Source: Candidatus Omnitrophota bacterium
Lineage (GTDB): Bacteria > Omnitrophota > Omnitrophia > Omnitrophales > Aquincolibacteriaceae
Direction: 5' to 3'
Assembly (NCBI GenBank): GCA_903856085.1
Contig: CAIOAT010000042.1
Span: 4,947-68,946, forward strand
Length of the DNA stretch: 64,000 bases
Under the pieces are notes generated by a model that saw only the letters and a program-made list of their open reading frames with translations, searched no databases and was not told the origin of the DNA. This document shows positions 1 to 10,557 of this stretch, in pieces. A program made the position numbers and the translations under genes. Within the stretch, counting starts at the first letter, position 1; the number at the start of each line of letters is the position of its first letter.

Positions 1-418
1 CTTTACCGAATTGGATCTGCTTGGGACCTTCCGGAGTCTCAACGCGCAGGATCTTGGGTCCTTCAAACGCTGCGCGGCCGGTGATCACCTGGACACTTCG
101 CCGCGCGGCAAGATTCGTGATCCCGGTCCCGAGTTTTTCCAAAACGGAATCTTTCCAGGCACGCAATTGTTCGAGATGGATCACGGGCTTGGAGAATGTC
201 ACGCCACACTTCCCGCTCTCGGCAGCCTCGTAGATAAGTTTCGCCATGTGAAGAAGGGCTTTGGACGGAATGCAGCCGCGATTGAGACACACACCGCCAA
301 GGCGCTTTTCCTGTTCGATCAGGACAACTTTTTTCCCAAGAGCGGCGGCATAAAACGCGGCCGTATAACCCCCGGGCCCCGCGCCCATCACCACAATGTC
401 TGTCTGGATTATTTCCAT
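1..418 (-). CDS. lpdA: dihydrolipoyl (lipoamide) dehydrogenase E3, N-terminal fragment running off the window start
   Basis: Not in ORF track because no stop lies inside the window. Minus-strand translation from ATG 418..416 reads MEIIQTDIVVMGAGPGGYTAAFYAA...LGGVCLNRGCIPSKALL: FAD GxGxxG fold plus the class-I redox-active disulfide motif. Confidence 0.75.
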   Translation of the reverse strand, partial: MEIIQTDIVVMGAGPGGYTAAFYAAALGKKVVLIEQEKRLGGVCLNRGCIPSKALLHMAKLIYEAAESGKCGVTFSKPVIHLEQLRAWKDSVLEKLGTGITNLAARRSVQVITGRAAFEGPKILRVETPEGPKQIQFGK

Positions 419-496
419 AAGTTCCTCTTAAACCAATGAGGGGTTATTGTAGCAAAACACTCCCCAAAATGAACGGGTTTCTTGAACAGAGTTCGC

Positions 497-1462
497 TCAA
501 AGCATGACTTCGGATGAACTCTTTTTCTGGTAAAGCACGGCGACCCACCGATGCCCGCGAAGAATCTTCAGGCATTTCAACGGAGTACCGGAAAATTCGT
601 CCTTGAAGGCAACAAAATTCTGTCGAGCAATTCCTGAGACAAGAAGGTACCCCCCCGAACGAACCCGGGCGACGATCCTCGCGCGATGCTCCAAAAGGGC
701 CTTGGAAAGAAGATTTGCGCCGACAGTGTCGAAAGAACCGGAAACTTTCGATCTCTTGAGTTGAGCGCAAAAAAACGTCCCGCCCTCACATTGGTTCGAT
801 CGGCAATTCTTTCCAGCCACAAGGGCTGAGGGCCTGTCATTATCGTATCCGGTAATCTTCGTGGCGCCCAATTTCGAGGCTGCGATCGACAGGATCCCGG
901 TCCCGCACCCAATATCCAAAAAGCTCCCGATTTTTCCTTCAAGCGATTCCAGAAGCCTCGTTATGAGACGCGTGGTCTCATGATACCCGGACCCAAAGGC
1001 ACTCCCTGGTTCCAGAAAAATCGGGATACGGCGGCCGGAATAGTGTGATCGCGAAACGTTCGCATGATCTTGTGGATTTCGTCGCCGTAGCCCTGACATG
1101 AACTTCTGCTTTTCCCAAACCGGCACGATCATGAACTTTGCTCCAAGCGGCCTGATGTGATAATCGCGTTTCCATTTATCAAACCAGTCGTGCCGCCTGA
1201 GCCTCTTGACGTTGAAGATAAGCGAGCGAGATCCCGAAGTTTTGTATTTTCTCCTAATTTCGTCGACCTTTTTTGGAGAACGGGTGTAAAAGCTAACACG
1301 AAAACTGCCTTTGTAATCGGAAGAGACGAGACTTCGCTCCGGAATCCGGCAACTCAAAAGAAGTTTGCAGGCGGATGCCTTTTCCCTGGTTCGGAGGTTC
1401 TGACCGCTAAGGGCGATCTCGATAACAGAATATTTTCCCGAAGACAATGCGAGGGTTTTCAT
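497..1462 (-). CDS. prmA: ribosomal protein L11 methyltransferase
   Basis: PGSAFGSGYHETTRL and LDIGCGTGILSIAA SAM-binding motifs; ATG verified; ATGA stop/start overlap with the upstream gene. Confidence 0.8.
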   Translation of the reverse strand: MKTLALSSGKYSVIEIALSGQNLRTREKASACKLLLSCRIPERSLVSSDYKGSFRVSFYTRSPKKVDEIRRKYKTSGSRSLIFNVKRLRRHDWFDKWKRDYHIRPLGAKFMIVPVWEKQKFMSGLRRRNPQDHANVSRSHYSGRRIPIFLEPGSAFGSGYHETTRLITRLLESLEGKIGSFLDIGCGTGILSIAASKLGATKITGYDNDRPSALVAGKNCRSNQCEGGTFFCAQLKRSKVSGSFDTVGANLLSKALLEHRARIVARVRSGGYLLVSGIARQNFVAFKDEFSGTPLKCLKILRGHRWVAVLYQKKSSSEVML

Positions 1463-2280
1463 TCCAGAGGATAATCGGAAACTTTGACGAACTTGTAACC
1501 CTTGGACCGAAGTTTACGGACCGCTTCGATCACGCTATCTACAAAAGAACTTTGGAGAGAAACGCCGCCAAGGATCGCAATCGCACCCGCAACCGGATTC
1601 ACGAGTACATCCAGAACCTGCTTTTTCTCAAGGTCAAGTCCCCGCGGGCCGTGACCCGAAGAACCGAGGGCTTCGTACCCGAGCGCCTTGACGATGCGCA
1701 CCGCCACTTCATCATAGTACCCGGAACTAGAGTGGTAATACTGCGGCAGAATCCCGGTGACGGCCTCGATCTTCCGGGCGTTCTGTTCAACCTCCGTAAA
1801 AAGTTCTTCGACATTCCCCGTCCCGGACACTCCGTTCACGGTCTTGCCTGTCACAGAGCATGCCTTATGGGATACGCCTTGATTGGCGATCTCAAAAATA
1901 GGATTGGCGGCAAGTTGTTTGAGGATCGCGCTGTTCTTATCAACCCAATCCCCGCAGATAAATAAAGTAGCGGGAATGTTCTCAGCCGCAAAAAATTTGA
2001 TGAGCTTCGCGTCTTGGCCCTTGCCCATCAAGTCACAGGCATCCACCCCGAGCGCAACAACCTTGTCCTCGGTCTTAAGACGTGTCTTGACCCCCGAGAC
2101 TGATTCGCCCCACTCGTGCGGGGCCTGGCCGGAGAACTCTGTACTAATGATCTCGCGAAGAAGCTGGTAATCCTCGGGCTCAGGATCTGACTCGCGCTGA
2201 GGATTGGCAGCGATACAAAACCCCATCCCCTGAACGCTGCCCCACACCAGGAATAGAAGAATCCAAACGACGCGTTTCAC
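1459..2280 (-). CDS. secreted polysaccharide deacetylase (NodB/CE4-like) family protein, motif 1 degenerate
   Basis: GTG start, signal peptide; KVVALGVDAC...ATLFICGDW...EIANQGVSH aligns to NodB motifs, but TFDDG is replaced by GVDAC. Confidence 0.55.
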   Translation of the reverse strand: MKRVVWILLFLVWGSVQGMGFCIAANPQRESDPEPEDYQLLREIISTEFSGQAPHEWGESVSGVKTRLKTEDKVVALGVDACDLMGKGQDAKLIKFFAAENIPATLFICGDWVDKNSAILKQLAANPIFEIANQGVSHKACSVTGKTVNGVSGTGNVEELFTEVEQNARKIEAVTGILPQYYHSSSGYYDEVAVRIVKALGYEALGSSGHGPRGLDLEKKQVLDVLVNPVAGAIAILGGVSLQSSFVDSVIEAVRKLRSKGYKFVKVSDYPLE

Positions 2281-2903
2281 TTATTCGCCCCCGAAGCGCA
2301 CTGTTTTTCTCTCTTAGAAACATCGGACTTTTGCCCGATTGCGTTGAGCATCTTTCGCAATAATTCTTTGGGCAGGCCCACTACATTCGAATAGGACCCT
2401 TGGATCTTTCGCACGATCTTAAGTTGAACCTGGATCGCGTAAGCTCCGGCTTTATCGAAAGGATGGATGGTATCCACATACTTCTGAAGCCATGCCTCTC
2501 CAACCGGTTTCATCCATACATCGGTCTTGGCGCATCCGGTGAGAACACTTCCTGTTTTCCTGTCCCAGATTGCCAGACCTGTATAAACGGCGTGTTTTTT
2601 TCCCGCAAGTCCGCGCAACATGCGTAACGCTTCGGCCCGGCTTCGCGGTTTTCCGAGTCCGCGGCCCTGATGCCAAACGATCGTGTCGCCACCCAGGACA
2701 AAGCGCGCAGCCTGTGGAAGGACGGCCTTACGGGCTTTTCCGATCGCATGACGCACGCAAAGAACCTCGGGAACGCTTTTACGGCACCATCGCTCTCGGT
2801 AAGCGCTTGGAACGACCTTGAAAGAAACTTTTAAATCCTTGAGGAGTTCCTGTCTTCGAGAAGACTGGGAGGCAAGATAGATTATCCATCGACATCTAGG
2901 CAT
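2277..2903 (-). CDS. maf: Maf-like nucleoside triphosphate pyrophosphatase / septum formation protein
   Basis: IYLASQSSRRQELL...KAGAYAIQ...GSYSNVVGLP Maf signature; ATG at 2903 verified; the ORF-track N-terminal extension was trimmed. Confidence 0.8.
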   Translation of the reverse strand: MPRCRWIIYLASQSSRRQELLKDLKVSFKVVPSAYRERWCRKSVPEVLCVRHAIGKARKAVLPQAARFVLGGDTIVWHQGRGLGKPRSRAEALRMLRGLAGKKHAVYTGLAIWDRKTGSVLTGCAKTDVWMKPVGEAWLQKYVDTIHPFDKAGAYAIQVQLKIVRKIQGSYSNVVGLPKELLRKMLNAIGQKSDVSKREKQCASGANK

Positions 2904-2960
2904 GATCAGCGCCCCTGAACAACGTGAGAAATCCAAAAAACAAGGCTTGCGGTGAGGTCA

Positions 2961-2995
2961 AAAAAAAAGAGGGGGTCGCGAAACCCCCTCTTTTT
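2961..2995 (-). terminator. bidirectional rho-independent terminator (A8 - 8-bp GC stem - T5)
   Basis: aaaaaaaa GAGGGGGT cgcgaa ACCCCCTC ttttt, immediately 3' of the 3017..3349 gene. Confidence 0.65.
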
Positions 2996-3016
2996 CGAAC
3001 ACAAAATTCAAACAGA

Positions 3017-3349
3017 CTATTTGCCGCCGAGATCCACACCGTTATTCGGGAGCGGAAGATCCGCGGGGATCGGGAAGGTAACGAGCTGGAGCGCGCCACC
3101 GACCGTATCCACAACAGTTTCAACTAGGCCCTGACCAATGCCGGACCAAACATTCTTGCCTTCACTGGCATATTTGTTAGGAACAGCGAAGAGCTGAATC
3201 CAGCCGAGCAGCGTGTTCTGGAGACCGAACACCAGCTTGCCGGTAACCCTGTCACCGTATGTCTTCTCTGCCGTCCACGGACTCGCCGCGAAAGCCAACG
3301 GTGCGAGAATCATGGAAAGTATCACTACGAGACTCATGATCTTCTTCAT
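3017..3349 (-). CDS. small secreted protein, paralog of 52897..53235 (possibly TIGR04073-like exosortase-associated family)
   Basis: Signal peptide MKKIMSLVVILSMILAPLAFA; shared motifs YG..GKL.FGLQN...G.G.G...FPIP with the mla-linked paralog; strong SD GGGAGG. Confidence 0.6.
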   Translation of the reverse strand: MKKIMSLVVILSMILAPLAFAASPWTAEKTYGDRVTGKLVFGLQNTLLGWIQLFAVPNKYASEGKNVWSGIGQGLVETVVDTVGGALQLVTFPIPADLPLPNNGVDLGGK

Positions 3350-3384
3350 TGTATTTCCTCCCTTGGTTAGAACCTGAAACTCCT

Positions 3385-3400
3385 GAATCCTTAAGGATTC
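3385..3400 (-). promoter_or_regulatory. perfect 16-bp palindrome GAATCCTTAAGGATTC, candidate dimeric-regulator operator
   Basis: Lies 36-51 nt upstream of the ATG of the 3017..3349 gene; perfect dyad symmetry. Confidence 0.4.
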
Positions 3401-3701
3401 CGTTCTGATTCACTTTACTAAAAAAAAATTAATGATGCAACCGATTTTTCCTTTTTTTTCAACAGCGTCCCCGTTAGTAGATCGAAGGGGCCTGACTCTC
3501 AGGCCAGGTCCCAATCGATGCCGGACACGACTCACCCCAAAGAATACCGGCGTTGCACATGCGCTGGCGTGCAAGTGTTCCCGCTCACATATTTAAAAAA
3601 ATCGCCCTGATGCAAAAGTGCATGAGGACTGATTCTTCTGCTTACTTCCTAAAAGACAGGCCTTGCTAGAGAAGATCTCTCTATCCAACGCAGCAAAAGA
3701 A

Positions 3702-3774
3702 TCGGGGTGACAGGAATTGAACCTGCGACATCTTGCTCCCAAAGCAAGCGCTCTAGCCCCTGAGCTACACCCCG
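3702..3774 (-). tRNA. tRNA-Pro (anticodon UGG)
   Basis: Minus strand CGGGGTG-TA-GCTC-AGGGGCTA-GAGC-G-CTTGC-TTTGGGA-GCAAG-ATGTC-GCAGG-TTCAATT-CCTGT-CACCCCG-A; cloverleaf with perfect acceptor stem, G18G19 and TPsiC loop; CCA not encoded. Confidence 0.85.
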
Positions 3775-3926
3775 ATGTGTCCTGTTTGTAAAAATCAATT
3801 GAAACATCGGAGCAGTCATGATTCCCTTAGAACCTTCTGAAATAGGAATCAAGGCGCCCCGAATAATTCTTAATAACAACCGCTTCCGCCATTGTATCGA
3901 CGGAATCTACGGATGGCAAATGCTTC

Positions 3927-5009
3927 TCAAAATATCGACCGCTCTTTGTAGACACTCAAAACAAGCCCCAAGCATATGCAGGTCATGATGAAGGAAGACC
4001 CACCGTAACTGATCAGAGGAAGCGGCACCCCGGCGATCGGCATCAGGCCTATGGTCATCCCAATATTGATCATTACATGCGAAAAAAGAAGCGCGAGCAC
4101 TCCCCCGCAAAGCATCTTCGCCTTCACATCCGTCGTATGCTGCATGACCAGAAAGATCGAATGGAAAAGAAAGCCATAGAGACATAGCACAAGAAGACTT
4201 CCTAGAAATCCCAACTCCTCACCGATTACGCAGAAGATGAAATCCGTGTGGTGTTCAGGCACAAAATGAAGCTGCGTCTGAGTCCCGCCCAAATACCCTT
4301 TGCCCCAGAATCCTCCTGACCCGACTGCGATCTTGGATTGGAGCGCCGTATAACCGGAACCCAGCGGATCCAGGTTGGGGTTAAGAAATACCATCAAACG
4401 TTTTTTCTGATACGCCTTGAGGAATCCCCAGGCTAAGGGGGCCGCCAGGGCCAGTGCGCTAAAGCACGCTACCAGGAAACGCTTCCTCACGCCCCACAGG
4501 AATAGGATGACGACCGACATGGGAATAAAAAGAAGCGCCGTCCCGAGATCGGGTTGTTTGATGATCAAAAAGAGAGGGATCGCCAGAAGCAAAAGCGCGA
4601 TGCTCACCGTCTTCGTCTGTCCTTCCCAAGGATGATGCGATCCCAGAAAATTGACGCCCGCCAGAAGCGCTCCGACTTTTGCAAATTCCGAAGGCTGGAT
4701 TGCGATCGGCCCCAACATCAGCCATCGCTGAGCGCCTAAAACCTTACTGCCAAAAAAATCGACTAACACAAGTAAAATAATTGTCAGCACATAAAAAGGA
4801 TATGAAACGCTCAGAAAGGGACGGTATCCGATGAAAGGCACGCCAACCAGCACCGCCAACCCCACAAGAATCCAGAAAACCTGTTTAACCTCATAATCCC
4901 CGGGATCGCGATAGGACGCGCTGTAAATGAAAAGGATCCCGATCGCCGCTAAAGCGACGACCGAAAAAAAGAGTGGGAAATGGATCCCGTTAAGTAACCG
5001 GCGGAGCAT
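3927..5009 (-). CDS. rodA: rod shape-determining protein RodA (SEDS family)
   Basis: Polytopic FtsW/RodA/SpoVE family sequence directly downstream of mrdA in the mre operon. Confidence 0.85.
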   Translation of the reverse strand: MLRRLLNGIHFPLFFSVVALAAIGILFIYSASYRDPGDYEVKQVFWILVGLAVLVGVPFIGYRPFLSVSYPFYVLTIILLVLVDFFGSKVLGAQRWLMLGPIAIQPSEFAKVGALLAGVNFLGSHHPWEGQTKTVSIALLLLAIPLFLIIKQPDLGTALLFIPMSVVILFLWGVRKRFLVACFSALALAAPLAWGFLKAYQKKRLMVFLNPNLDPLGSGYTALQSKIAVGSGGFWGKGYLGGTQTQLHFVPEHHTDFIFCVIGEELGFLGSLLVLCLYGFLFHSIFLVMQHTTDVKAKMLCGGVLALLFSHVMINIGMTIGLMPIAGVPLPLISYGGSSFIMTCICLGLVLSVYKERSIF

Positions 5010-6714
5010 GAAGGTCCTTCCACATCTCGAGCATCTGTTTCACAAGACGGGCACTTGTAATGCCGCCGGACCCACCATGTTCCACGAACACGACGAACGC
5101 GATCTTCGGGTCTTTGTAGGGGAAAAATCCAGTCATCCAACTGTGCGCCTGCAGGGGCGGCGCCTGAGCAGTCCCGGTCTTGCCGGCCAGTTTATCAAAA
5201 TCTACACGGGCCAACTGCCCGGTTCCGTAGTCTGATTCTACGACTTGAAGCATGGCCCTTTTGATCACATCGAGATTCTCCTCCCGAATGGCCACCCGTG
5301 GAGTTTCAGGCATGAACGTACGATCCTGAACGATCAGATGGGGCTCCACAACCTTACCGTTCTTCGCGATGATCGAAGTAAGGCGAAGAATCTCAAACGG
5401 AGTCACAAGCATATAACCCTGCCCGATCGCCATGTTGAGAGTTTCACCCTGATACCAAGGCTGATTGAAACGCGCTTTCTTCCATGCAGAATCCGGAATG
5501 AGACCCGGGGCCATGCGCGAGATCTCAAGCTTCAGCGGTTCGCCAAGGCCGAGTTCGTGGGCGTAATGCGCGATCTCATCCGGCGTCAGCCTTTTGGCCA
5601 CATTAAAAAAATAGACATTACAGGAACGTTCGATAGCCTCATAAAGATTAAGATTCCCATGCCCCTCATGAAGCCAGCAGCGCGCGGGCTTCGACTTGGG
5701 AGTCAATTGAAAAGAGCCCGTACACCGGAACCGGGTTTCCGGAGTGATCTTCCCGAGATCGAGTCCCGCAAGTGCCGTCACCAGCTTGAAAATCGAACCG
5801 GGAGGATAAGCGGCATTGATGCCGCGATCCAACATCGGAGAATTCTCATCCTTCAGCACTTGAAGACGCTGTTCACTGGCTGAAGGAGAAACAAAGATAT
5901 TCGGATCATAGGCCGGCGCACTCGCCATCGCCAAAAGCCCATCCGTTTCAAGATCCAGCACGGCAATGCTTGCGTGCAGCCCCTTGATCAAGTCCATGAT
6001 CTTCTTCTGAAATTCAAGATCCAACGTGAGCATGATATCGGAACCGGCCTCAGGCTTGCGATCTGAAAGAACCCGGACCATTTGACCGCGCGCGTCCACT
6101 TCGATCTGCTGCCCTCCCCGCCACCCACGCAGAGAATCGTCAAACGCCCGTTCAATACCAGCCCTCCCGATCTTGGAATTCGCGCCAAACCGGTCATGGT
6201 CCATATCTTCGCTTTCACGACGATTGATCGTCCCGATGTAGCCGATGACATGCGACGCGGTTTCACCATAGGGATAATAACGGACGCCCTCGACGCGAAC
6301 GCTGACACCCGGAAGTTCCGGTCGCCGTTCTTCGATTTGAAACGCAAGTTCTTGAGGAATGTCTTCCATGATCACGGCCGGCGCAAATGGATACTCACGA
6401 CCCGCACTCATGCGCCTTCGGACCTCTCTTTCGGGAATTTCCAACAGCTTTGCAAGCCTTGGATAGGCTTCGGGCGTGATATCTTCCGGGATCGCAATGA
6501 CGTTATACGAAGAACGATTCGCGGCAAGCAGGCGCTCTTTCTGATCGAACACGCGGCCGCGCGGGGCTTCGAGAGGAATAAGACGAATTCGGTTGCGTTT
6601 GCTAAGTTCGTAATAGTAAGAACCGCGCACGACCTGAGTCTGGAAGAGTCCTAACCCCAGAAGAGTCAAGACGATAAAAACGGACGCCTGAAAGAAGTGA
6701 AACCGTGTAAACAT
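4990..6714 (-). CDS. mrdA: penicillin-binding protein 2 (elongasome transpeptidase)
   Basis: PBP dimerisation plus transpeptidase domains (SxxK, SxN, KTG context); ATG 6714 shares one base with the mreD stop (TAATG). Confidence 0.85.
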   Translation of the reverse strand: MFTRFHFFQASVFIVLTLLGLGLFQTQVVRGSYYYELSKRNRIRLIPLEAPRGRVFDQKERLLAANRSSYNVIAIPEDITPEAYPRLAKLLEIPEREVRRRMSAGREYPFAPAVIMEDIPQELAFQIEERRPELPGVSVRVEGVRYYPYGETASHVIGYIGTINRRESEDMDHDRFGANSKIGRAGIERAFDDSLRGWRGGQQIEVDARGQMVRVLSDRKPEAGSDIMLTLDLEFQKKIMDLIKGLHASIAVLDLETDGLLAMASAPAYDPNIFVSPSASEQRLQVLKDENSPMLDRGINAAYPPGSIFKLVTALAGLDLGKITPETRFRCTGSFQLTPKSKPARCWLHEGHGNLNLYEAIERSCNVYFFNVAKRLTPDEIAHYAHELGLGEPLKLEISRMAPGLIPDSAWKKARFNQPWYQGETLNMAIGQGYMLVTPFEILRLTSIIAKNGKVVEPHLIVQDRTFMPETPRVAIREENLDVIKRAMLQVVESDYGTGQLARVDFDKLAGKTGTAQAPPLQAHSWMTGFFPYKDPKIAFVVFVEHGGSGGITSARLVKQMLEMWKDLHAPPVT

Positions 6715-7229
6715 TAGCGAAAAAGCTCGTATTGTCGGGTAGAAGAATGACCAAACCACCGATTCGTTAGAAAATTAAATAGTGGCAAGAGAGCGCATGT
6801 GTAAAGCGCAGTCATCGAGATCATCCCGAAATACCCCCAGACCGAAGACGTCGGCATTTCGCCCGCATAGCTCGCCAGAAGTCTTAAGGCTCCCGCACAA
6901 AAAACAAAAAGGAACGTCATAATGAAATAGATCCATGGTAATTGACGCTCCATTTTTTGAACTAAAAAATCAAGGGCCAGGGCTAAAGCGACCAACAGTG
7001 TAGCATCGAGCCCGATTAAACCACCCCCTAGAAGATCCCGTAAGATCCCGGCCCAAAACGCGACATAAACGGTCTTGGAGGCTCCCCATTCAAAAGCAGC
7101 ATAGCAAATGAAGAGGTAAAGAAAGCTTGGATACACGAAACGAACCTGAAAAGCCGGCATCACAGATCCGTCCAGGACCACAAGCAAGAGAAAATAAAGA
7201 ATTACTTTTGCGGAGACGAGACGAGGCAT
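6714..7229 (-). CDS. mreD: rod shape-determining protein MreD
   Basis: Small polytopic membrane protein between mreC and mrdA. Confidence 0.7.
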   Translation of the reverse strand: MPRLVSAKVILYFLLLVVLDGSVMPAFQVRFVYPSFLYLFICYAAFEWGASKTVYVAFWAGILRDLLGGGLIGLDATLLVALALALDFLVQKMERQLPWIYFIMTFLFVFCAGALRLLASYAGEMPTSSVWGYFGMISMTALYTCALLPLFNFLTNRWFGHSSTRQYELFR

Positions 7230-8002
7230 AGCACTTCCTCAAGCTTGGAGAATGACACGGAAGGTTTGACGAGCGCAAGAAGATGCATTCCATCGCTGTC
7301 GCGCTCGATGGCTTCGATCTTCCCTATCTGGAGACCTTTTTGAAAAATACTCCCAACACCGGACGTGGTGACATCCTCTCCGATCGCGACCTCGGCATCC
7401 AGGGCCAGATATTTCATTTGTAGCTTGTCTGTCCCGATCCCCGCGATGATCCCCTGAGCACGGCTTGTCGCGGTCAGCGCGCTCACACGAGAATCCGGAT
7501 CCGGCAAAAGTATCGCGTAAGCTGTGTAAGGCTCGACTTCCAGAATCCGTCCCACCAGCCCTTCCGGCACCACCACCACCATGTCTTTCTTAAGATTACT
7601 CCGACTCCCTTTATCCAGCAAAACAACTTTTTTCCAGGGCGTCACATCCTCCCCGATCACCCGAGCGCCGATGGTGTGCGTGGCAAGCGGCAGACTGAAA
7701 TTGAGAAGCTTCTTAAGCCGCTGATTCTCCCGATCCATCTCATGAAAACGGATCAGCTGACCCTCAAGCTCCTGAATACGCGCGAGATATTCCTTCTGCT
7801 TTCCAACAGCATCCAGAAAATTGCCGGATTGATAGCGAACCGTGTAAAACCCGTCCCGAAGACTGCTGCCGAGCACAAAAGCGGGTCGAGTAAGCGTGGA
7901 AAAGACAGAATGGACGGTCTCGTTCAAACGGGGGTATTGAAAAAAAACAATGAGGGCAATGACGGGAACCGCAAGAAAGTAATACGTGCGCCAGCGCCGC
8001 AT
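7202..8002 (-). CDS. mreC: rod shape-determining protein MreC
   Basis: N-terminal TM, coiled coil, MreC beta domains; position after mreB. Confidence 0.8.
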   Translation of the reverse strand: MRRWRTYYFLAVPVIALIVFFQYPRLNETVHSVFSTLTRPAFVLGSSLRDGFYTVRYQSGNFLDAVGKQKEYLARIQELEGQLIRFHEMDRENQRLKKLLNFSLPLATHTIGARVIGEDVTPWKKVVLLDKGSRSNLKKDMVVVVPEGLVGRILEVEPYTAYAILLPDPDSRVSALTATSRAQGIIAGIGTDKLQMKYLALDAEVAIGEDVTTSGVGSIFQKGLQIGKIEAIERDSDGMHLLALVKPSVSFSKLEEVLCLVSSPQK

Positions 8003-8106
8003 GGGGCAAAATCTCCGACAAGCAATTAAAGAAAAAGATCCTAAAAAACTGCCTCAGATCCCAGAAGGCGGCTTTCGGAAGGGGCGCTAAAAAAGAGAAA
8101 AGTTCT

Positions 8107-9159
8107 TTAGTATTCCCGGGTAGCGTTGCTATTTACCGACAAACGCTTCAGAAGATGGAAATCGCTCAAATAACGACCCGTACCAAGCGCCACGGCAGTG
8201 AGAGGATCATCCGCGATGTGAACAGGAAGCCCTGTTTCTTCGCTGATCAACTTATCAAATCCCCGTAGAAGCGATCCTCCTCCTGCTAAGACCAACCCCC
8301 GATCAATCAGATCCGCGGATAATTCCGGCGGCGTACGCTCAAGCGCGATACGAACAGCTTCGAGAATAGTGGAAAGCGGCTCAGAGAGAGCTTCCCGGAT
8401 CTCTTCGCTGGTCACGCTGATCGTTTTCGGCAATCCTGCGAGGACATCGCGTCCTTTGACGTCCAGTGTCGTTTCCTCTTCGAGAGGGTACGCGGAACCG
8501 ATACGGATCTTGATCTCTTCGGCCGTACGCTCCCCAATCATCAAATTATAGGCCTTCTTCAAGTGCGACATGATCGACTCATCGAACTCATCGCCGCCGA
8601 TACGGATACTCTTAGCGAATACAATCCCCGAAAGAGAAATTACAGCAATTTCGGTCGTCCCGCCGCCGATATCAATAATCATGTTCCCAGCCGGCTCATG
8701 AATCGGAAGTCCGACACCGATGGCCGCGGCAATGGGCTCTTCTACAAGGTAAACCGGCGTTCGAGCTCCGGCCCGTTCCGCGGAATCTTTCACGGCACGC
8801 TTTTCCACTTCGGTGATACCGCTCGGAACCGCGATCACAACACGCGGACTGATACCAGTCTTACGGCGGTGGACTTTGCGGATAAAATAACGCAGCATAG
8901 CTTCGGTAATATCAAAGTCCGCGATCACGCCGTCTTTCATAGGACGGATGGCAGTGATGTTTCCAGGCGTGCGGCCGAGCATGCGCTTGGCCTCTTCCCC
9001 GACGGCAAGGACTTGATGGGTCGAACGATCAATGGCAACCACGGAAGGCTCACACAACACAACGCCTTGACCTTTGACATAAACGAGGGTGTTTGCTGTG
9101 CCGAGGTCGATACCAATATCACTGGAAAAAAATCCTAACAATCTATCGATCAGAAACAT
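8107..9159 (-). CDS. mreB: rod shape-determining actin homolog MreB
   Basis: [28 protein letters not shown]... actin/Hsp70 fold; ATG 9159 verified; ORF-track extension to 9366 rejected. Confidence 0.9.
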   Translation of the reverse strand: MFLIDRLLGFFSSDIGIDLGTANTLVYVKGQGVVLCEPSVVAIDRSTHQVLAVGEEAKRMLGRTPGNITAIRPMKDGVIADFDITEAMLRYFIRKVHRRKTGISPRVVIAVPSGITEVEKRAVKDSAERAGARTPVYLVEEPIAAAIGVGLPIHEPAGNMIIDIGGGTTEIAVISLSGIVFAKSIRIGGDEFDESIMSHLKKAYNLMIGERTAEEIKIRIGSAYPLEEETTLDVKGRDVLAGLPKTISVTSEEIREALSEPLSTILEAVRIALERTPPELSADLIDRGLVLAGGGSLLRGFDKLISEETGLPVHIADDPLTAVALGTGRYLSDFHLLKRLSVNSNATREY

Positions 9160-9256
9160 GGGCTCTACCTTTTCGTATCTGTTGTGTGGGCTAGCGTTTA
9201 TAGAGGTGGTAGTATATCGAAAGCCTTTTTCACTGTCAAACCAAAACAACCTCGCG

Positions 9257-10549
9257 TCAAGACTTGAGAAGTCGGAAAAAATGGTCCGTAAAAGCAGGGT
9301 AAGAGGTTGCGATACACTCCGTATCCCTGACCGTGATCGTCCCCTTCGCGGCAAGGCTTGCCACACCCAGGCTCATCGCCGTCCGATGATCTCCAAAACT
9401 TTCGACAGTGGCGCCATGGAACTCCTCCACGCCCCGAATCAGAGATCCATCCGGCAGTTCTTCAATCGACGCCCCAATAGCCTTTAGATTTCGAACCATG
9501 GATTGAATACGATCGGTTTCCTTGACGCGCAGCTCCGCCGCTCCTGAGATAAGACTTTCCCCTTCCGCAAGCGCCATCGCGACCATCAGGATCGGAAGCT
9601 CATCGATCAGGGACGGGATCTCTTCGTGCGTGATCCCCGTACCTTTTAGTTTCGCGCCACACACATGGATCGTCCCCATCGGTTCCGGAACCGTTTGTTT
9701 TACCTGCGTCTCAATACTCGCACCCATGCGTTTTAGAACTTCGAGAAACCCGACGCGTGTTGGATTGAGGCCTACATCCTGGACGGTCACTTCGGACCCC
9801 GGGATCATCGCAGCGCCTACAATGAAAAAAGCAGCTGAGGAAATATCGCCCGCAACTCGCCCGTGTATCGGTAAAAGCATTTCAGTCTTTTCAACGATCA
9901 GGTTGTTACCGATCTTTTGGAAACGTGCTCCCGCGGCCTCAAGAAATCGTTCCGTGTGATCCCGCGACGGGATGGCTTCACGAACGATCGTTCTCCCTTC
10001 GGCATACATCCCCGCGAAAAGAAGCGCGGACTTAACCTGTGCGCTCGAAAGTTTATTATCAAAATCAATCCCGCGAAGTTTGCCGCCGCGGATCGTGAGA
10101 GGCGCGAAATTGCCGTTCTCTTTACCCTTGATCTGCGCGCCCATCTGCTTGAGGGGATCGGTCACGCGACGCATCGGCCGAACCGAAAGAGACGGATCCC
10201 CGGTCAACACGGTTTCGAAGCGCTGACCCGCCAGGATCCCCAAAAGAAGCCTCATGGAAGTCCCGGAATTTCCAAGATAAAGTTCCTGCCCCGGAGCGGA
10301 AAGCTTTTGAAGTCCCTTTCCAGATATCCGGACCTTGCCCGTCCCCTTTTCATGCTGGATCTCAACACCCATCCGTCGCATAGCCTCCAAGGTGTGGAGA
10401 CAATCCTCGGCCTCTAGAAAATTCTCATAGACGCTCTCACCTTCTGCTAAAGCGCCAAAAAGGATGGCTCGATGGGAAATGGATTTATCACCTGGAGGAA
10501 GATAGGTCCCGCGGAACTGGCAGGGTCCTGTAAACGCAAGAAGGGGCAT
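9257..10549 (-). CDS. aroA: 3-phosphoshikimate 1-carboxyvinyltransferase (EPSP synthase)
   Basis: [23 protein letters not shown]...[15 protein letters not shown] synthase motifs. Confidence 0.9.
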   Translation of the reverse strand: MPLLAFTGPCQFRGTYLPPGDKSISHRAILFGALAEGESVYENFLEAEDCLHTLEAMRRMGVEIQHEKGTGKVRISGKGLQKLSAPGQELYLGNSGTSMRLLLGILAGQRFETVLTGDPSLSVRPMRRVTDPLKQMGAQIKGKENGNFAPLTIRGGKLRGIDFDNKLSSAQVKSALLFAGMYAEGRTIVREAIPSRDHTERFLEAAGARFQKIGNNLIVEKTEMLLPIHGRVAGDISSAAFFIVGAAMIPGSEVTVQDVGLNPTRVGFLEVLKRMGASIETQVKQTVPEPMGTIHVCGAKLKGTGITHEEIPSLIDELPILMVAMALAEGESLISGAAELRVKETDRIQSMVRNLKAIGASIEELPDGSLIRGVEEFHGATVESFGDHRTAMSLGVASLAAKGTITVRDTECIATSYPAFTDHFFRLLKS

Positions 10550-10557
10550 GGAAAAGG

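Noticed and set aside
3350-3701. 350-nt intergenic region searched for tmRNA, SRP RNA, RNase P RNA and 6S RNA
   Set aside because: No diagnostic motifs (tmRNA GGGG...TCCACCA ends, SRP GGAA tetraloop domain IV, P4 of RNase P). Only short hairpins and the palindrome at 3385..3400.
3649-3879. 76-aa minus-strand ORF
   Set aside because: Overlaps tRNA-Pro(UGG); no SD.
9160-9366. N-terminal 69-aa extension of the mreB ORF
   Set aside because: MreB homology begins at MFLIDRLL with a verified ATG at 9159; the extension overlaps the aroA 3' end in another frame.
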